From assembly GCA_016839555.1 (NCBI GenBank), contig JAEOUA010000006.1, positions 224,001-288,000 of the forward strand: a stretch of 64,000 bases of DNA, in the 5' to 3' direction. Every line of letters begins with the position of its first letter. Position 1 is the first letter of the stretch. The translations under genes and the position numbers were made by a program. This DNA comes from Promethearchaeota archaeon. GTDB taxonomy: Archaea; Asgardarchaeota; Lokiarchaeia; Sigyniarchaeales; SOKP01. Positions 1 through 9,599 of the stretch are shown piece by piece. The notes below the pieces were generated by a model, which had not been told where the DNA came from, searched no databases, and worked only from the letters and a program-made list of their open reading frames with translations.

Positions 1-100
1 AATGGTTTGATGTAAAAAAGAAATGCAAAATCTTCTAAAAATCTTGTTCCATTTTTAATAATTTATGATTTATTTTTTGTTATTAATAATTGCGTACATC

Positions 101-215
101 TTAATTAACTTCAAGATATTTTTCTGGCTCCTTTTGCATAACTTTATATATTATATCTATTACCTTTTCTATCCCCCCAGCAGAATTAATTTCTTCCTCA
201 ATTTTTTGAGAATTC
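101..215 (-). pseudogene. possible C-terminal remnant of a GT1/MGT-type glycosyltransferase
   Basis: Minus-strand reading NSQKIEEEINSAGGIEKVIDIIYKVMQKEPEKYLEVN* resembles the GT1 C-terminal AGG...ADII helix. Stops lie immediately upstream in frame and there is no start. Confidence 0.25.
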
Positions 216-427
216 TATATTTCATCCTATTTAATCGAGAATATGAGATTCTAACTTAAAATGATTTACTTTATAAAATATTAAATTCAAAGTATTAAGA
301 TTTAAGAATTAATAGTCTGGAAGTGAAAGTGTAAAAAAAAGGAGAAACTAGGAATATAACAAGGAATTTATATTATATCATTATAATTATATATGTAGAG
401 AATGAGAAAACAGAGTTAAGAATAATT

Positions 428-718
428 TTGACCATGAAAGAGGATTCCGAAATAATATCTAAGAAAGAGCTGTATAAAATAAGAATAAAAAAGATTAAAA
501 ATGAAATCTCGGCAGCAAACAAACTTTTAAAACAAAATATTGAACCACTTGAGATTGCCGATAAATTTTTACATGAGTCATTTAAAATAATGAAAGAGGG
601 ACTATCAAATCGATATCCGAAACTTTCCGAACAAGAAATAAACCAAAAAATACGTAATATTCTTTCTCTTCAAGAAAAAATTAAAATTTATCAAAAAAAA
701 GTGAAAAATTCTGGCTGA
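428..718 (+). CDS. small helical protein, putative antitoxin partner of the downstream nucleotidyltransferase
   Basis: 96 aa with a GLSNRYPKLSEQEI segment; its stop overlaps the start region of the next gene. Confidence 0.5.
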   Translation: MTMKEDSEIISKKELYKIRIKKIKNEISAANKLLKQNIEPLEIADKFLHESFKIMKEGLSNRYPKLSEQEINQKIRNILSLQEKIKIYQKKVKNSG

Positions 719-1295
719 ATTAGAGGATATCTTATCCAGATTAGAAAAGATTTTTACAGATATAGAACTTAAATATGTTATTGTAGGAGGGTTAGCAGTA
801 ATTCATTATGGACATATAAGAGCCACCCAATATATTGATCTCATTATTGAGGATAATCCTTCTAAATTTTCAAAGTTTTTAAAATTACTCCAATCATATG
901 GATTTGATGTGATGCATGATCAATTTCAAATGGCTTATCAGGAAAAAACAAATTTTTCTATTTTTGACAAAAAAAGTTTCTTAAGATTAGATATTAAGGT
1001 CGCTTATAAGCAGAGAGAGCATGAAGTGTTAAATAATGCAATTCAGGACAGTATTTTAGGAAAAAAATTATGGATCGCTCCTTTAGAATATATATTAATT
1101 GGAAAAATATTATATATAGGACAAATTGCAGATATTCCTAAATCTGAACTATTAGAATATCAAGATATTATTGATTTTTTAACTCTTTTTCATGCCAATA
1201 GGGAAAAGCTAGATATTAAGTTTTTAAAAAAGAAAGTAAAGGACATGAATCTAGAAAAAACATTTATAAAATTGCTTAAAATAGAGTTTGAATAG
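711..1295 (+). CDS. DNA pol-beta-like nucleotidyltransferase (DUF6036/AbiEii/MenT-like); longer than the ORF-track call of 909..1295
   Basis: Open frame from CTG at 711 (in-frame TGA at 702) reads LAELEDILSRLEKIF...YVIVGGLAVIHYGHIRATQYIDLII, the GG-x-A-x4-G-x2-R-x-T-x-D-x-D motif. C-terminal LIGK and YQDIID motifs are present. Confidence 0.75.
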   Translation: MAELEDILSRLEKIFTDIELKYVIVGGLAVIHYGHIRATQYIDLIIEDNPSKFSKFLKLLQSYGFDVMHDQFQMAYQEKTNFSIFDKKSFLRLDIKVAYKQREHEVLNNAIQDSILGKKLWIAPLEYILIGKILYIGQIADIPKSELLEYQDIIDFLTLFHANREKLDIKFLKKKVKDMNLEKTFIKLLKIEFE

Positions 1296-1377
1296 ATTTA
1301 TTTTATTTTAACAAGTTCTATGTGCAAAAATTAGCGAGATTTTAAATAAAAAGAAAAAAATAAAGAAATAAAAAAAT

Positions 1378-1761
1378 TTAGAGAAAAGTAGCAATTCCTA
1401 TTAAAATTACAATCAAGAAGTAGATATAGAGAACTCTACCAAACCAGATATGAACTTTTCGAAGTTTTGGTTCTTGTCTTTTTGTAGCGAATAATCCTCC
1501 CAGGGCGGAAAAAGCCAGCAGGATAAGGCCGATTAAGCCGAGAATTGAATGGAGGAGCATAAATTTTAGACCTCCGAGCAAAATAAGACCGATCACACCA
1601 AAAATTAACGCAATCACTATAAAGATTTTATGTATTAAGAACCACTGTTTAGGTTTATGGAATGCAACAGCAATTAATGCTATTGATAAAGAAACTAATA
1701 ATCCTAACATCATAAGAAAATGCGGAGAGGTAAATAGATCAATTAAACTCATTATATGCAC
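1378..1761 (-). CDS. cytochrome b561-like 4-TM membrane protein
   Basis: Four TM helices with His motifs SPHF, WFLIHK, LLHSILG and KVHIWFGR. Confidence 0.65.
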   Translation of the reverse strand: MHIMSLIDLFTSPHFLMMLGLLVSLSIALIAVAFHKPKQWFLIHKIFIVIALIFGVIGLILLGGLKFMLLHSILGLIGLILLAFSALGGLFATKRQEPKLRKVHIWFGRVLYIYFLIVILIGIATFL

Positions 1762-1974
1762 CCTATAGTTTTTTAATTAAATATTTTTATGAAGTTATTA
1801 ATTAGCTCATATTTAATCTTTTATTCTATTTTTTATAAAAGTATAAAATTTAGTGAAAAAGTCTTAATTTGAGAGATTTTATTTTCTTTTGGATAAATAG
1901 CAATTAAATTCAGAAAAAATCAATAGATTAATTAAATAAAATTTAAATTCCATGAGTTAAAATAACACTTAATC

Positions 1975-3438
1975 ATGCAAGATAAAGAAAAAATTATTCG
2001 GGAATTAAGCAAAGGATACGCTCCTCAAGGAGAAGGGGCAAAACCCCAAATCGCTAAAGTTTATGACCTTACATTTAAACCACTTGTTAATAGTAAAAAG
2101 CTGGACTTTTTTTTTGAGTTATATGAGGAGAGTGATCCTATCCTAAAGGCATGGGCATTCTTAGGAATATATCAAATTTTAGAGAATAAATCTTATGAAA
2201 CAGAAAAGACCTTAAATCTATTGCATGAAATTATCATTGATATATTAAATAAAGATCAAAATATTTCATTTTGGAGTGGATCAATTAAAACGGAAACAAC
2301 CTTACGGGAACATCATGCGAAACGGATAAGCTGGTTGGATCATTATTTTGTTTTCGAACCAGTCTTTGATTATTGTAAAGCTTCCATCGGGCAATTGGAC
2401 AATGTGATCGGAGAATTATTAGAGGATGTCCTTTCTAAGAGATCCGACTCAAGGGTAGAAGACTTATTAATTGATCATGGGAAACAGGTAAGCAAATACA
2501 ATTACGATGCAAAGCTGCATTTAATTAGGGCATTCGAGAATTTAAATCAATATTCAGAATTAAAAGAGAAACAACAGATCACAGAGATTTTTAAGCAGTT
2601 CTTACATGGACTTAAAGAGGAATTAAAAGAATTACGTGAAATAGATACTGAAGATAAGAAAAAAAGGATTTTGAATGATGAAATTATACGAATTGCTGCA
2701 AAACTGGACCTTGATTTAGAGCAGGAAACACTTTTATTTATAGAACAATTAGATCGCCCATTTAATGCATTAAATCAAGTTGCTGAAAAATACAAAGATA
2801 ATGAGCAATTCCGTTCTCTTTTATTAAAAAAAATAAAACAAACCAAGAATCGTTATTTTATTACAGATATCTTGCGAGCATTCTTGGTAATTAAGGATAG
2901 AATCGGAAATTGGAAAGAAATGGTAATAGATTATGTGAAAAAGTATGAATTAAATGATGCTGATTTAATTATTGATTTAAATAAAGCGGATCTGTTGAGT
3001 GAAGAGATGTTAGTTAATTATCTAAAAAAAGGAAGCCAGTGGCACCTCGAATTTATCCGCGAATTTTTAACCACCCATCCGGAAAAAATAAACGAATGGA
3101 AAGGGTTACGAAATGAACTTGTTTCAATTCTGCAAACTTTTAAGGATGATCAAGCTCAAGTAAGACCTGGTTCGTTATTTTATGAAAAAAAGAAGTTAGC
3201 ATTGCGATTAATCATCGATTTAAAATGGGATGAAATGATAGACTTCGCATTAAAGAATTTTGAAAAATTATCTGATGATGAACTGATGAAAATTGCACTC
3301 TTCTCAGTTATTACTTCTAGAAACAAAAAACTTCTGGATGATTTACGAGCGTTAATGGATAAGGATGAGCAAACCAAAGCATATGTCAAAAAATTCTGGA
3401 AATATCTTGAAGCTCGAGATTGGCAGTTTTTTTATTAA
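1975..3438 (+). CDS. alpha-helical (HEAT-like) hypothetical protein
   Basis: 487 aa, helix-rich L/E/K composition, DPILKAWAFLGI HEAT-like motif. Confidence 0.55.
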   Translation: MQDKEKIIRELSKGYAPQGEGAKPQIAKVYDLTFKPLVNSKKLDFFFELYEESDPILKAWAFLGIYQILENKSYETEKTLNLLHEIIIDILNKDQNISFWSGSIKTETTLREHHAKRISWLDHYFVFEPVFDYCKASIGQLDNVIGELLEDVLSKRSDSRVEDLLIDHGKQVSKYNYDAKLHLIRAFENLNQYSELKEKQQITEIFKQFLHGLKEELKELREIDTEDKKKRILNDEIIRIAAKLDLDLEQETLLFIEQLDRPFNALNQVAEKYKDNEQFRSLLLKKIKQTKNRYFITDILRAFLVIKDRIGNWKEMVIDYVKKYELNDADLIIDLNKADLLSEEMLVNYLKKGSQWHLEFIREFLTTHPEKINEWKGLRNELVSILQTFKDDQAQVRPGSLFYEKKKLALRLIIDLKWDEMIDFALKNFEKLSDDELMKIALFSVITSRNKKLLDDLRALMDKDEQTKAYVKKFWKYLEARDWQFFY

Positions 3439-3487
3439 ATATTCACAAATTTAAATTATATTCTATTGAGAAAAATAGATACTAATT

Positions 3488-4435
3488 CTAATCATCAAGG
3501 GTGTCTATAAAATTCTCTAGAGAATATTTATATTGAAATCCTAATTTCTGCAATTTAGTAGTATCCGCTAGATTCCGTTTCAATTCATTAATCCCGGAAT
3601 TTTTATATTCCGTTTTTGGTTCTTTTCCAAGTTTATGAGCAATCATCTCAACCAGCGTATTTACAGAATATTCTTTAGGACCTGAGAGATTATATTCCTC
3701 ATTAAAGCATGATTGATTTCCCAAAATCAGTCGAACTGCGCTACAAATATCATTTATATGCATAAAAGCTCGGGTTTGAGAGCCATCTCCAAAAATAGTA
3801 AGAGGCTCACTAGTCTTGATTTTGTTAATAATGATACTGATAATGTTGCTTTGTTCTTTTCCATACACAGAAAATGGTCTTATAATTGTATAATTCAATC
3901 CGAATGTACCAAATACTTTTACCACTTCTTCACCCATGAGTTTAGTAAATCCATACAAATTTATGGGTTCTTTCGGAGTTTTATCATTAATAGGTAACTT
4001 ATCAGGTTTCCCATAGATTTGTCCAGAAGAGAGGTGAATAAAATGGGATATGTTATTATCTAACGCTTTTTCAGCAATAATTTTAGTTCCAAGGACATTC
4101 ACAGTAAAATACTTATGATAATTCTCTCTTATCCCCTTGCGAACGCTAGTTAGTGCAGCACAATGTATTATATAATCTATTTTTTGGAAGTTTGGAAATA
4201 TCCACCGCTTAGCTATAAAATTTTGCTCCCAAAACTCTAAATTCCCCAATGAATATCCTTGCTGCTCGAGTTTATGTTTCAGTTTCATAACTGTACTCTT
4301 TGAGCTTCCGTGTGCGATAATATTAAATTGATTATTCAAGAAATATCTGGTAAGCCAAGAACCGATATATCCCGTCGCTCCAGTAATTAAAATAGTTTTC
4401 TTTTTATTTTTCATGAGTGTAATAGTAAAAAACAA
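3488..4435 (-). CDS. NAD-dependent epimerase/dehydratase (extended SDR)
   Basis: ITGATGYIG, YGFTK (YxxxK), RPFSVYG, GDGSQTR; start probably at MKNKK (~4414). Confidence 0.92.
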   Translation of the reverse strand: MFFTITLMKNKKKTILITGATGYIGSWLTRYFLNNQFNIIAHGSSKSTVMKLKHKLEQQGYSLGNLEFWEQNFIAKRWIFPNFQKIDYIIHCAALTSVRKGIRENYHKYFTVNVLGTKIIAEKALDNNISHFIHLSSGQIYGKPDKLPINDKTPKEPINLYGFTKLMGEEVVKVFGTFGLNYTIIRPFSVYGKEQSNIISIIINKIKTSEPLTIFGDGSQTRAFMHINDICSAVRLILGNQSCFNEEYNLSGPKEYSVNTLVEMIAHKLGKEPKTEYKNSGINELKRNLADTTKLQKLGFQYKYSLENFIDTLDD

Positions 4436-4619
4436 CTATTTATATTAAGTTAAATAAATAACCATAAGTATTATTTCTTAATTTTTTATTTTCTGCTACG
4501 ATTGAATATTTAAAAAAAAAACTAAGCTATAAATTTCGGTCTCCAATAAATATTTATGTTCTATAAACTTTTTTTCATAATAATTAAACAAAATTAGTTA
4601 GTATTCTTAACTATTAATT

Positions 4620-5207
4620 GTGAAAAAGATGAGAGCATTACTTTTAAATGGCACAATAGATACAAATCCAGAAATCGAGAAAATTCATAATATAGTTATA
4701 AATTTATTACGGCAAGCTCAGTTTCATGTGAATGACATACTCTTAAAAGAGAGAAATATTGCCCCTTGTCAAGGATGTTTTGATTGTTGGGTAAAAACGC
4801 CAGGGCAGTGTATAATTGATGATTATGGTCGGAAAATAACTGAACAATTGATACGCAATGAGTTAGTGGTTCATTTAAGCCCTATAACTTTTGGCGGATA
4901 TTCTTCGGAATTAAAAAAAGTAATAGACAGGTCCATTCCTATAGTTTTACCTTTTTTTAGAAAATTTGAAGGAGAGATTCATCATGAGCAACGTTATAAA
5001 GAGAGACCATCTCTAATTGTTATAGGGTATCAAGATAGTCAAAACTCGAAACAAGAAGAGACATTCAGAGAACTTGTCTATAGAAATTCATTAAATATGG
5101 TACCCCTAATTTATAAAGCCTTAATTTATACGAAAAATCAAGATATATCTGGTTTTCAAACTGACTTTAAAAACATTTTGGAGGAGGTAAAAAGATATTA
5201 TGAGTGA
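4620..5207 (+). CDS. flavodoxin-like / iron-sulfur flavoprotein (NADPH-dependent FMN reductase family)
   Basis: PCQGCFDCWVKTPGQCIIDD Cys motif; SPITFGGYSSELKKVIDR. Confidence 0.85.
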   Translation: MKKMRALLLNGTIDTNPEIEKIHNIVINLLRQAQFHVNDILLKERNIAPCQGCFDCWVKTPGQCIIDDYGRKITEQLIRNELVVHLSPITFGGYSSELKKVIDRSIPIVLPFFRKFEGEIHHEQRYKERPSLIVIGYQDSQNSKQEETFRELVYRNSLNMVPLIYKALIYTKNQDISGFQTDFKNILEEVKRYYE

Positions 5208-5880
5208 AAAAGGAAACGTACTTTTATTAGTGGGAAGTCCCAGAGCAAAAAAGAGCACATCCTCATCACTTGGTAAATATCTGTGCGAAAAGTTAGAGGA
5301 GGCAGGTCTTTCAATTGAATATGGTTATATTCACAGGTTAATGATGAGAAAAGAAAAGCAAGACCAATTTATCGAAATGGTCAATGACGCCTATATGATT
5401 ATTCTATCATTTCCGCTCTACGTAGATCAATTACCAGCGCCAGTTATTAGAGCTATAGAGCTTTTATATAAAAATAAAGAAAAGATAGTAAAGTGCGAAG
5501 AGAAAAAGTTCCTTGCAATTTGTAATTGCGGTTTTCCTGAAGCTTCTCAAATTGATTTATCACTAGAGATATGCAATAATTTTTCAGATGCTATGAATTT
5601 TCAATGGAGAGGCGGAATTAAATTGGGAGGTGGAGAGGCTATTCACGGAAGGGATTTAAAAAAGATGGGGAGGATGGTTCGAAATCAAATGCAGGGATTA
5701 GACTTAGCTGCTGATGCATTATTAATCGATAAACCAATTCCTATGGAAGCTAAAGAGTTAATTTCTAAACCTATTATCCCTGCACGAATGTATAAAGTAT
5801 TGGGCAATATTGGTTGGAGAATGCGAGCGATTAAAAATTGGAACTTTTTCAATTTGAAAGAGCAACCTTATAAAGATTGA
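5200..5880 (+). CDS. flavodoxin-like protein (FMN reductase family), coupled to the upstream gene
   Basis: LVGSPRAKKSTS, FPLYVDQLP, NCGFPE; overlaps the upstream stop. Confidence 0.85.
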   Translation: MSEKGNVLLLVGSPRAKKSTSSSLGKYLCEKLEEAGLSIEYGYIHRLMMRKEKQDQFIEMVNDAYMIILSFPLYVDQLPAPVIRAIELLYKNKEKIVKCEEKKFLAICNCGFPEASQIDLSLEICNNFSDAMNFQWRGGIKLGGGEAIHGRDLKKMGRMVRNQMQGLDLAADALLIDKPIPMEAKELISKPIIPARMYKVLGNIGWRMRAIKNWNFFNLKEQPYKD

Positions 5881-6005
5881 ATATAAAGAATATTTGACCT
5901 ATAAAGTGCCAATAGATTTTCTCCTTATTTTGCTTATTTAAATATCACTATATAATTTCCATTTATTAATTTGAATCCATTTATTAATATTTGTGAGTTA
6001 AAAAA

Positions 6006-6755
6006 ATGGATTGTAAAAATTGTGGCAAATGCTGCATGGATGTCGATGCTATTTTGCTTTTACCATCAGATTATGAAAAATTAACGAGAATCGATGAAAA
6101 AATTAAAGATAAAACACAAAAGGTTTCAGATATCTTCTATCTCATACCTAATGATCATAATATTTGTCCTTATTTTGATATGAATTCAAAAAAATGTTCT
6201 ATCCATAAATTCCGCCCAAAAGTGTGTAGAGCATATCCCTTTTCTTATCGAACGCCGAGTGCGGGTCCTTCTTCTTCAGCTGTCAATTCAGTTCCGATTA
6301 ATCCTCAAAGCTTATATCTTACTCTTTGCGAGAGATTCTGGACTATCAATCAAGAAGATTATAATGAAGGCATTAAGGCCATATTTCAATTAAGAAGAGA
6401 AAAGTTCAATTTGGGAATTTTATCAGAAAAAGGAACGGCTACTGAGAAAGAAAGAGAAATAAGAGCCTTTGAACAATCATTAGACGGAGAAACAAAACAA
6501 AAGAAGTTTCCCTTTGACTTATATCTATTTATGATAGAGCAAAATAAAATGTTATTTTTAATGTTTCTGAAGCTATTTGACGCCTATTTTGATAATCCTG
6601 AAGAGCAAAAAGAAGAATATGAAGATTTTATTGAAAATTACATCGCAAAGTTTAAAGAGAATCCAAAAATACTCCAAAATGCTTTTGAAGAATTACAAAA
6701 CCGATGGAAAAAGAATAAAAAGAGATCTTTTAAGTTCTCTCTTACTTTTTATTAA
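6006..6755 (+). CDS. YkgJ-family cysteine-cluster (Fe-S/Zn) protein
   Basis: CKNCGKCC...CPYF...CSIHKFRPKVCRAYPF. Confidence 0.85.
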   Translation: MDCKNCGKCCMDVDAILLLPSDYEKLTRIDEKIKDKTQKVSDIFYLIPNDHNICPYFDMNSKKCSIHKFRPKVCRAYPFSYRTPSAGPSSSAVNSVPINPQSLYLTLCERFWTINQEDYNEGIKAIFQLRREKFNLGILSEKGTATEKEREIRAFEQSLDGETKQKKFPFDLYLFMIEQNKMLFLMFLKLFDAYFDNPEEQKEEYEDFIENYIAKFKENPKILQNAFEELQNRWKKNKKRSFKFSLTFY

Positions 6756-6791
6756 AAATAATTTTAAAAATAAAAATTAATTTTTTTAATT

Positions 6792-8852
6792 ATGAGCGAT
6801 CAAGAGTATGAATTCCAAGCAGAAATTAGAAAATTACTTGATATTTTAAGCAAGTCACTCTATAAACACAAAGAAATTTTCTTAAGAGAGTTAATAAGCA
6901 ATGCGGTGGATGCGGTAAAAAAAGTTAAATTCATTTTATTAACAAATAGGGACATTGAAGATCCAGAACAAGAGCAACGAATCGATATCTATTTTAATCC
7001 TGACAAGAATATTTTAACAGTGCGGGATTATGGAGTAGGAATGACAAAAATGGAATTAATAAACGACTTGGGTACTATTGCGGGTAGTGGTACTGAAAAG
7101 TTCATAAAAAAGCTGAAGGAAATGAGGGAAGAGGAGGAAGAAACGATCGATCTTGATATTATTGGGCAATTTGGGATCGGGTTTTATTCGATTTATATGG
7201 TTGCTAAAAATGTAAAAGTAAGGACAAAATCATATTTAAAGGAAGAAGAAGCTTATGAATGGGAATCCGATGGTACAGGGAAATTTAAAATAAGACCCAT
7301 AGAAAAGGATAAGCGGGGAACTGATGTAATTCTCTATTTCCATGAAGAAGACAAAGAATATCTTAATAGATTTAGGATAGAGAATATTATAAACAAATAT
7401 TCTACTTTTGTGCCGTTTCCAATCTATGTATATGAATTAGAAGAAGGGGAAATCCCCGAAAAAGGTAAGATTAAGGTTGAAGAAAAGGAAGGTGAAGAGA
7501 AGGAAGAAATTAAACCCATTAATAAGGTTGCTCCTTTATGGACAAAAAACAAGAATGAAATAACGGATGAAGAATATAAGGAGTTTTATCATTACGTTTC
7601 CAATCGCTATGATGACTATTTGCATGTGATTAATTATCAAGTGGGAGGACAAGTGCGTTTTCGCTCAATATTGTTCATTCCAGAATCACCCTCTCAAGAA
7701 ATATTTCTACCAGAAACGGATTATGGATTATCTCTATATTCGAAAAATGTAATGATCATGAAGAATTGTAAGGAGTTAATCCCCCAGTGGATGAGATTCG
7801 TCAAAGGTATATTAGAATCAGATGATATCCCTTTAAATATTTCCCGAGAAACCATTCAAGCAAACCGTAAAATAATGAAAATGAGTAATCTAATTGTTAA
7901 AAGAGTTATTCGAGAGTTAAAGGAAATCGCTGAAAAGGATGAAGAGAAATATCTAAAAATTTGGGAAAAATTTGGCCATTTTATCAAGGAAGGAGTTATT
8001 TCTGATGTTGCTCGAAAGGATAAACTAAAAGACCTTCTTAGAGTTAAAACTTCTAAAACAGAGAAAGAGGAATTAATTGGGCTTAAAGAGTATGTAGATC
8101 GAATGAAAGATGATCAAGAAGAGATATTTTATTTGGTAGGAGAGGATCTTGAAACAATGAAATTATCGCCACATTTAGGCTATTACGAAAAAAATAATTT
8201 AGAGGTTATTTTATTGGATGAACCTATCGATAACTTTTTAATGATGAATATCAATGACTACAAAGTAACTATAGGCAAAGAAGAAAAGGGAGAAGGCGAG
8301 GAAGAGGCAGAAGAGGAAATCAAATACATTCAATTTTCACCAATAGATGTCACCGAACGGAAAAAAGAAAAAGAGGAGGAAGAAGAGGCGAAAGAGAAGA
8401 AAACAGAGGACAAAAAAGAGGAGCTTCCTGAAAATCTACAGAAATTTTTAAAATTTGTTGAAGATGTTTTAGAGGATAAAATAATAGAAGCGAAAACATC
8501 TGATCGTTTATACGGAAGCGCATGCCGCTTAGCAAATCCCGCAGGAGGACCTACCTCGAGTCAACAGCGCGTGATACGTTATTGGACCCAAACCCAGTCG
8601 GGAAAACGCTTTAATATCCCTAAAAAAATACTCGAATTCAATCCAGAGTATCCTACAGTGAAAAAATTAGTAGAATTACATGAGAAAAACCCGGACAATA
8701 AGATCCTTAAACCGGTGATTATTCAGTTATTTGAAAATTGTCTGCTGGCCGAAGGAGATTTGCCAAATCCTTCTTCTATGGTGCCACGAATTAATCAGCT
8801 TATTAACTTTTTAATAGGCAAAGATAAAGATGTAGATACAACAGATTCTTAG
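6792..8852 (+). CDS. htpG: molecular chaperone HtpG (Hsp90)
   Basis: FQAE, FLRELISNA, DYGVGM, LGTIAGSGT, IGQFGIGFYS and IPLNISRE motifs. Confidence 0.97.
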   Translation: MSDQEYEFQAEIRKLLDILSKSLYKHKEIFLRELISNAVDAVKKVKFILLTNRDIEDPEQEQRIDIYFNPDKNILTVRDYGVGMTKMELINDLGTIAGSGTEKFIKKLKEMREEEEETIDLDIIGQFGIGFYSIYMVAKNVKVRTKSYLKEEEAYEWESDGTGKFKIRPIEKDKRGTDVILYFHEEDKEYLNRFRIENIINKYSTFVPFPIYVYELEEGEIPEKGKIKVEEKEGEEKEEIKPINKVAPLWTKNKNEITDEEYKEFYHYVSNRYDDYLHVINYQVGGQVRFRSILFIPESPSQEIFLPETDYGLSLYSKNVMIMKNCKELIPQWMRFVKGILESDDIPLNISRETIQANRKIMKMSNLIVKRVIRELKEIAEKDEEKYLKIWEKFGHFIKEGVISDVARKDKLKDLLRVKTSKTEKEELIGLKEYVDRMKDDQEEIFYLVGEDLETMKLSPHLGYYEKNNLEVILLDEPIDNFLMMNINDYKVTIGKEEKGEGEEEAEEEIKYIQFSPIDVTERKKEKEEEEEAKEKKTEDKKEELPENLQKFLKFVEDVLEDKIIEAKTSDRLYGSACRLANPAGGPTSSQQRVIRYWTQTQSGKRFNIPKKILEFNPEYPTVKKLVELHEKNPDNKILKPVIIQLFENCLLAEGDLPNPSSMVPRINQLINFLIGKDKDVDTTDS

Positions 8853-8925
8853 ACAACATTCTTTTATAATTATTAAAATGCAAAATATCAATATTTTTAT
8901 TCATTTTAAAGACTAGTACCATTTA

Positions 8926-8953
8926 GTCAATATTTCTTGACAAAAGGTCAAGA
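8926..8953. promoter_or_regulatory. palindromic operator upstream of the ArsR-type regulator
   Basis: TCTTGAC-AAAAG-GTCAAGA (8935-8953), with an overlapping GTCAA-N6-TTGAC (8926-8941). Confidence 0.55.
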
Positions 8954-8989
8954 CATTTAGAAATAAATTGATTAATTCTTTTAATATAC

Positions 8990-9457
8990 TTGATAAAAAT
9001 GAATGCAAGTGACATATTTGATAAAATTTCTCATCCAATGCGAATCAATATCCTGAAGGTGTTAGCTAAAAATCCTATGGGCTTTTCCGAGCTTAAAAGA
9101 ACTTTTAATATTAGCAGTAGTGGACAATTAGATTTTCACCTCAAAAAGCTTGATGATCTTATAATGGTAAATGAAAATGGGAATTATGACCTAACGGAAA
9201 GTGGGTATTCCGCTCTCAAAATGTTGAAGATGATTCGAAGGCAAGGATGGCATAAACGATCCTTTCTTATTAATATAGTGGTTTATATTTTATTCAATAG
9301 TTATTTTCTATTTTTATCCTTTTACGGAGGAATTAACATGGAAATCCTAGTGATTTACCTTCCCTTTATTTTACCGATACATACTGGATGGATTATTTTC
9401 TACACCTATTGGACGATTGTGAAACGACGAGTAGATTTTAACACTTATCAAGATTGA
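8990..9457 (+). CDS. ArsR-type winged-HTH regulator fused to two C-terminal TM helices
   Basis: ISHPMRINILKVL...GFSELKR...GQLDFHLKKL...YDLTESG, followed by two hydrophobic helices. Confidence 0.8.
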   Translation: MIKMNASDIFDKISHPMRINILKVLAKNPMGFSELKRTFNISSSGQLDFHLKKLDDLIMVNENGNYDLTESGYSALKMLKMIRRQGWHKRSFLINIVVYILFNSYFLFLSFYGGINMEILVIYLPFILPIHTGWIIFYTYWTIVKRRVDFNTYQD

Positions 9458-9599
9458 ATATTTTTCTTTTTTTTTAATAATTGAGTTAATTCATGATAAT
9501 GATATGAAGATATTTTAATATTTGAAGAAATATGTTTTACGCTAATATTAGAACACAGAATGTTTAAAAAAAAAATAAAAAAATAAAATATTTTTAAAA

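Noticed and set aside
65-259. 64-aa + strand ORF
   Set aside because: F/I/L/Y-rich low-complexity translation of AT-rich DNA; the opposite strand looks more protein-like.
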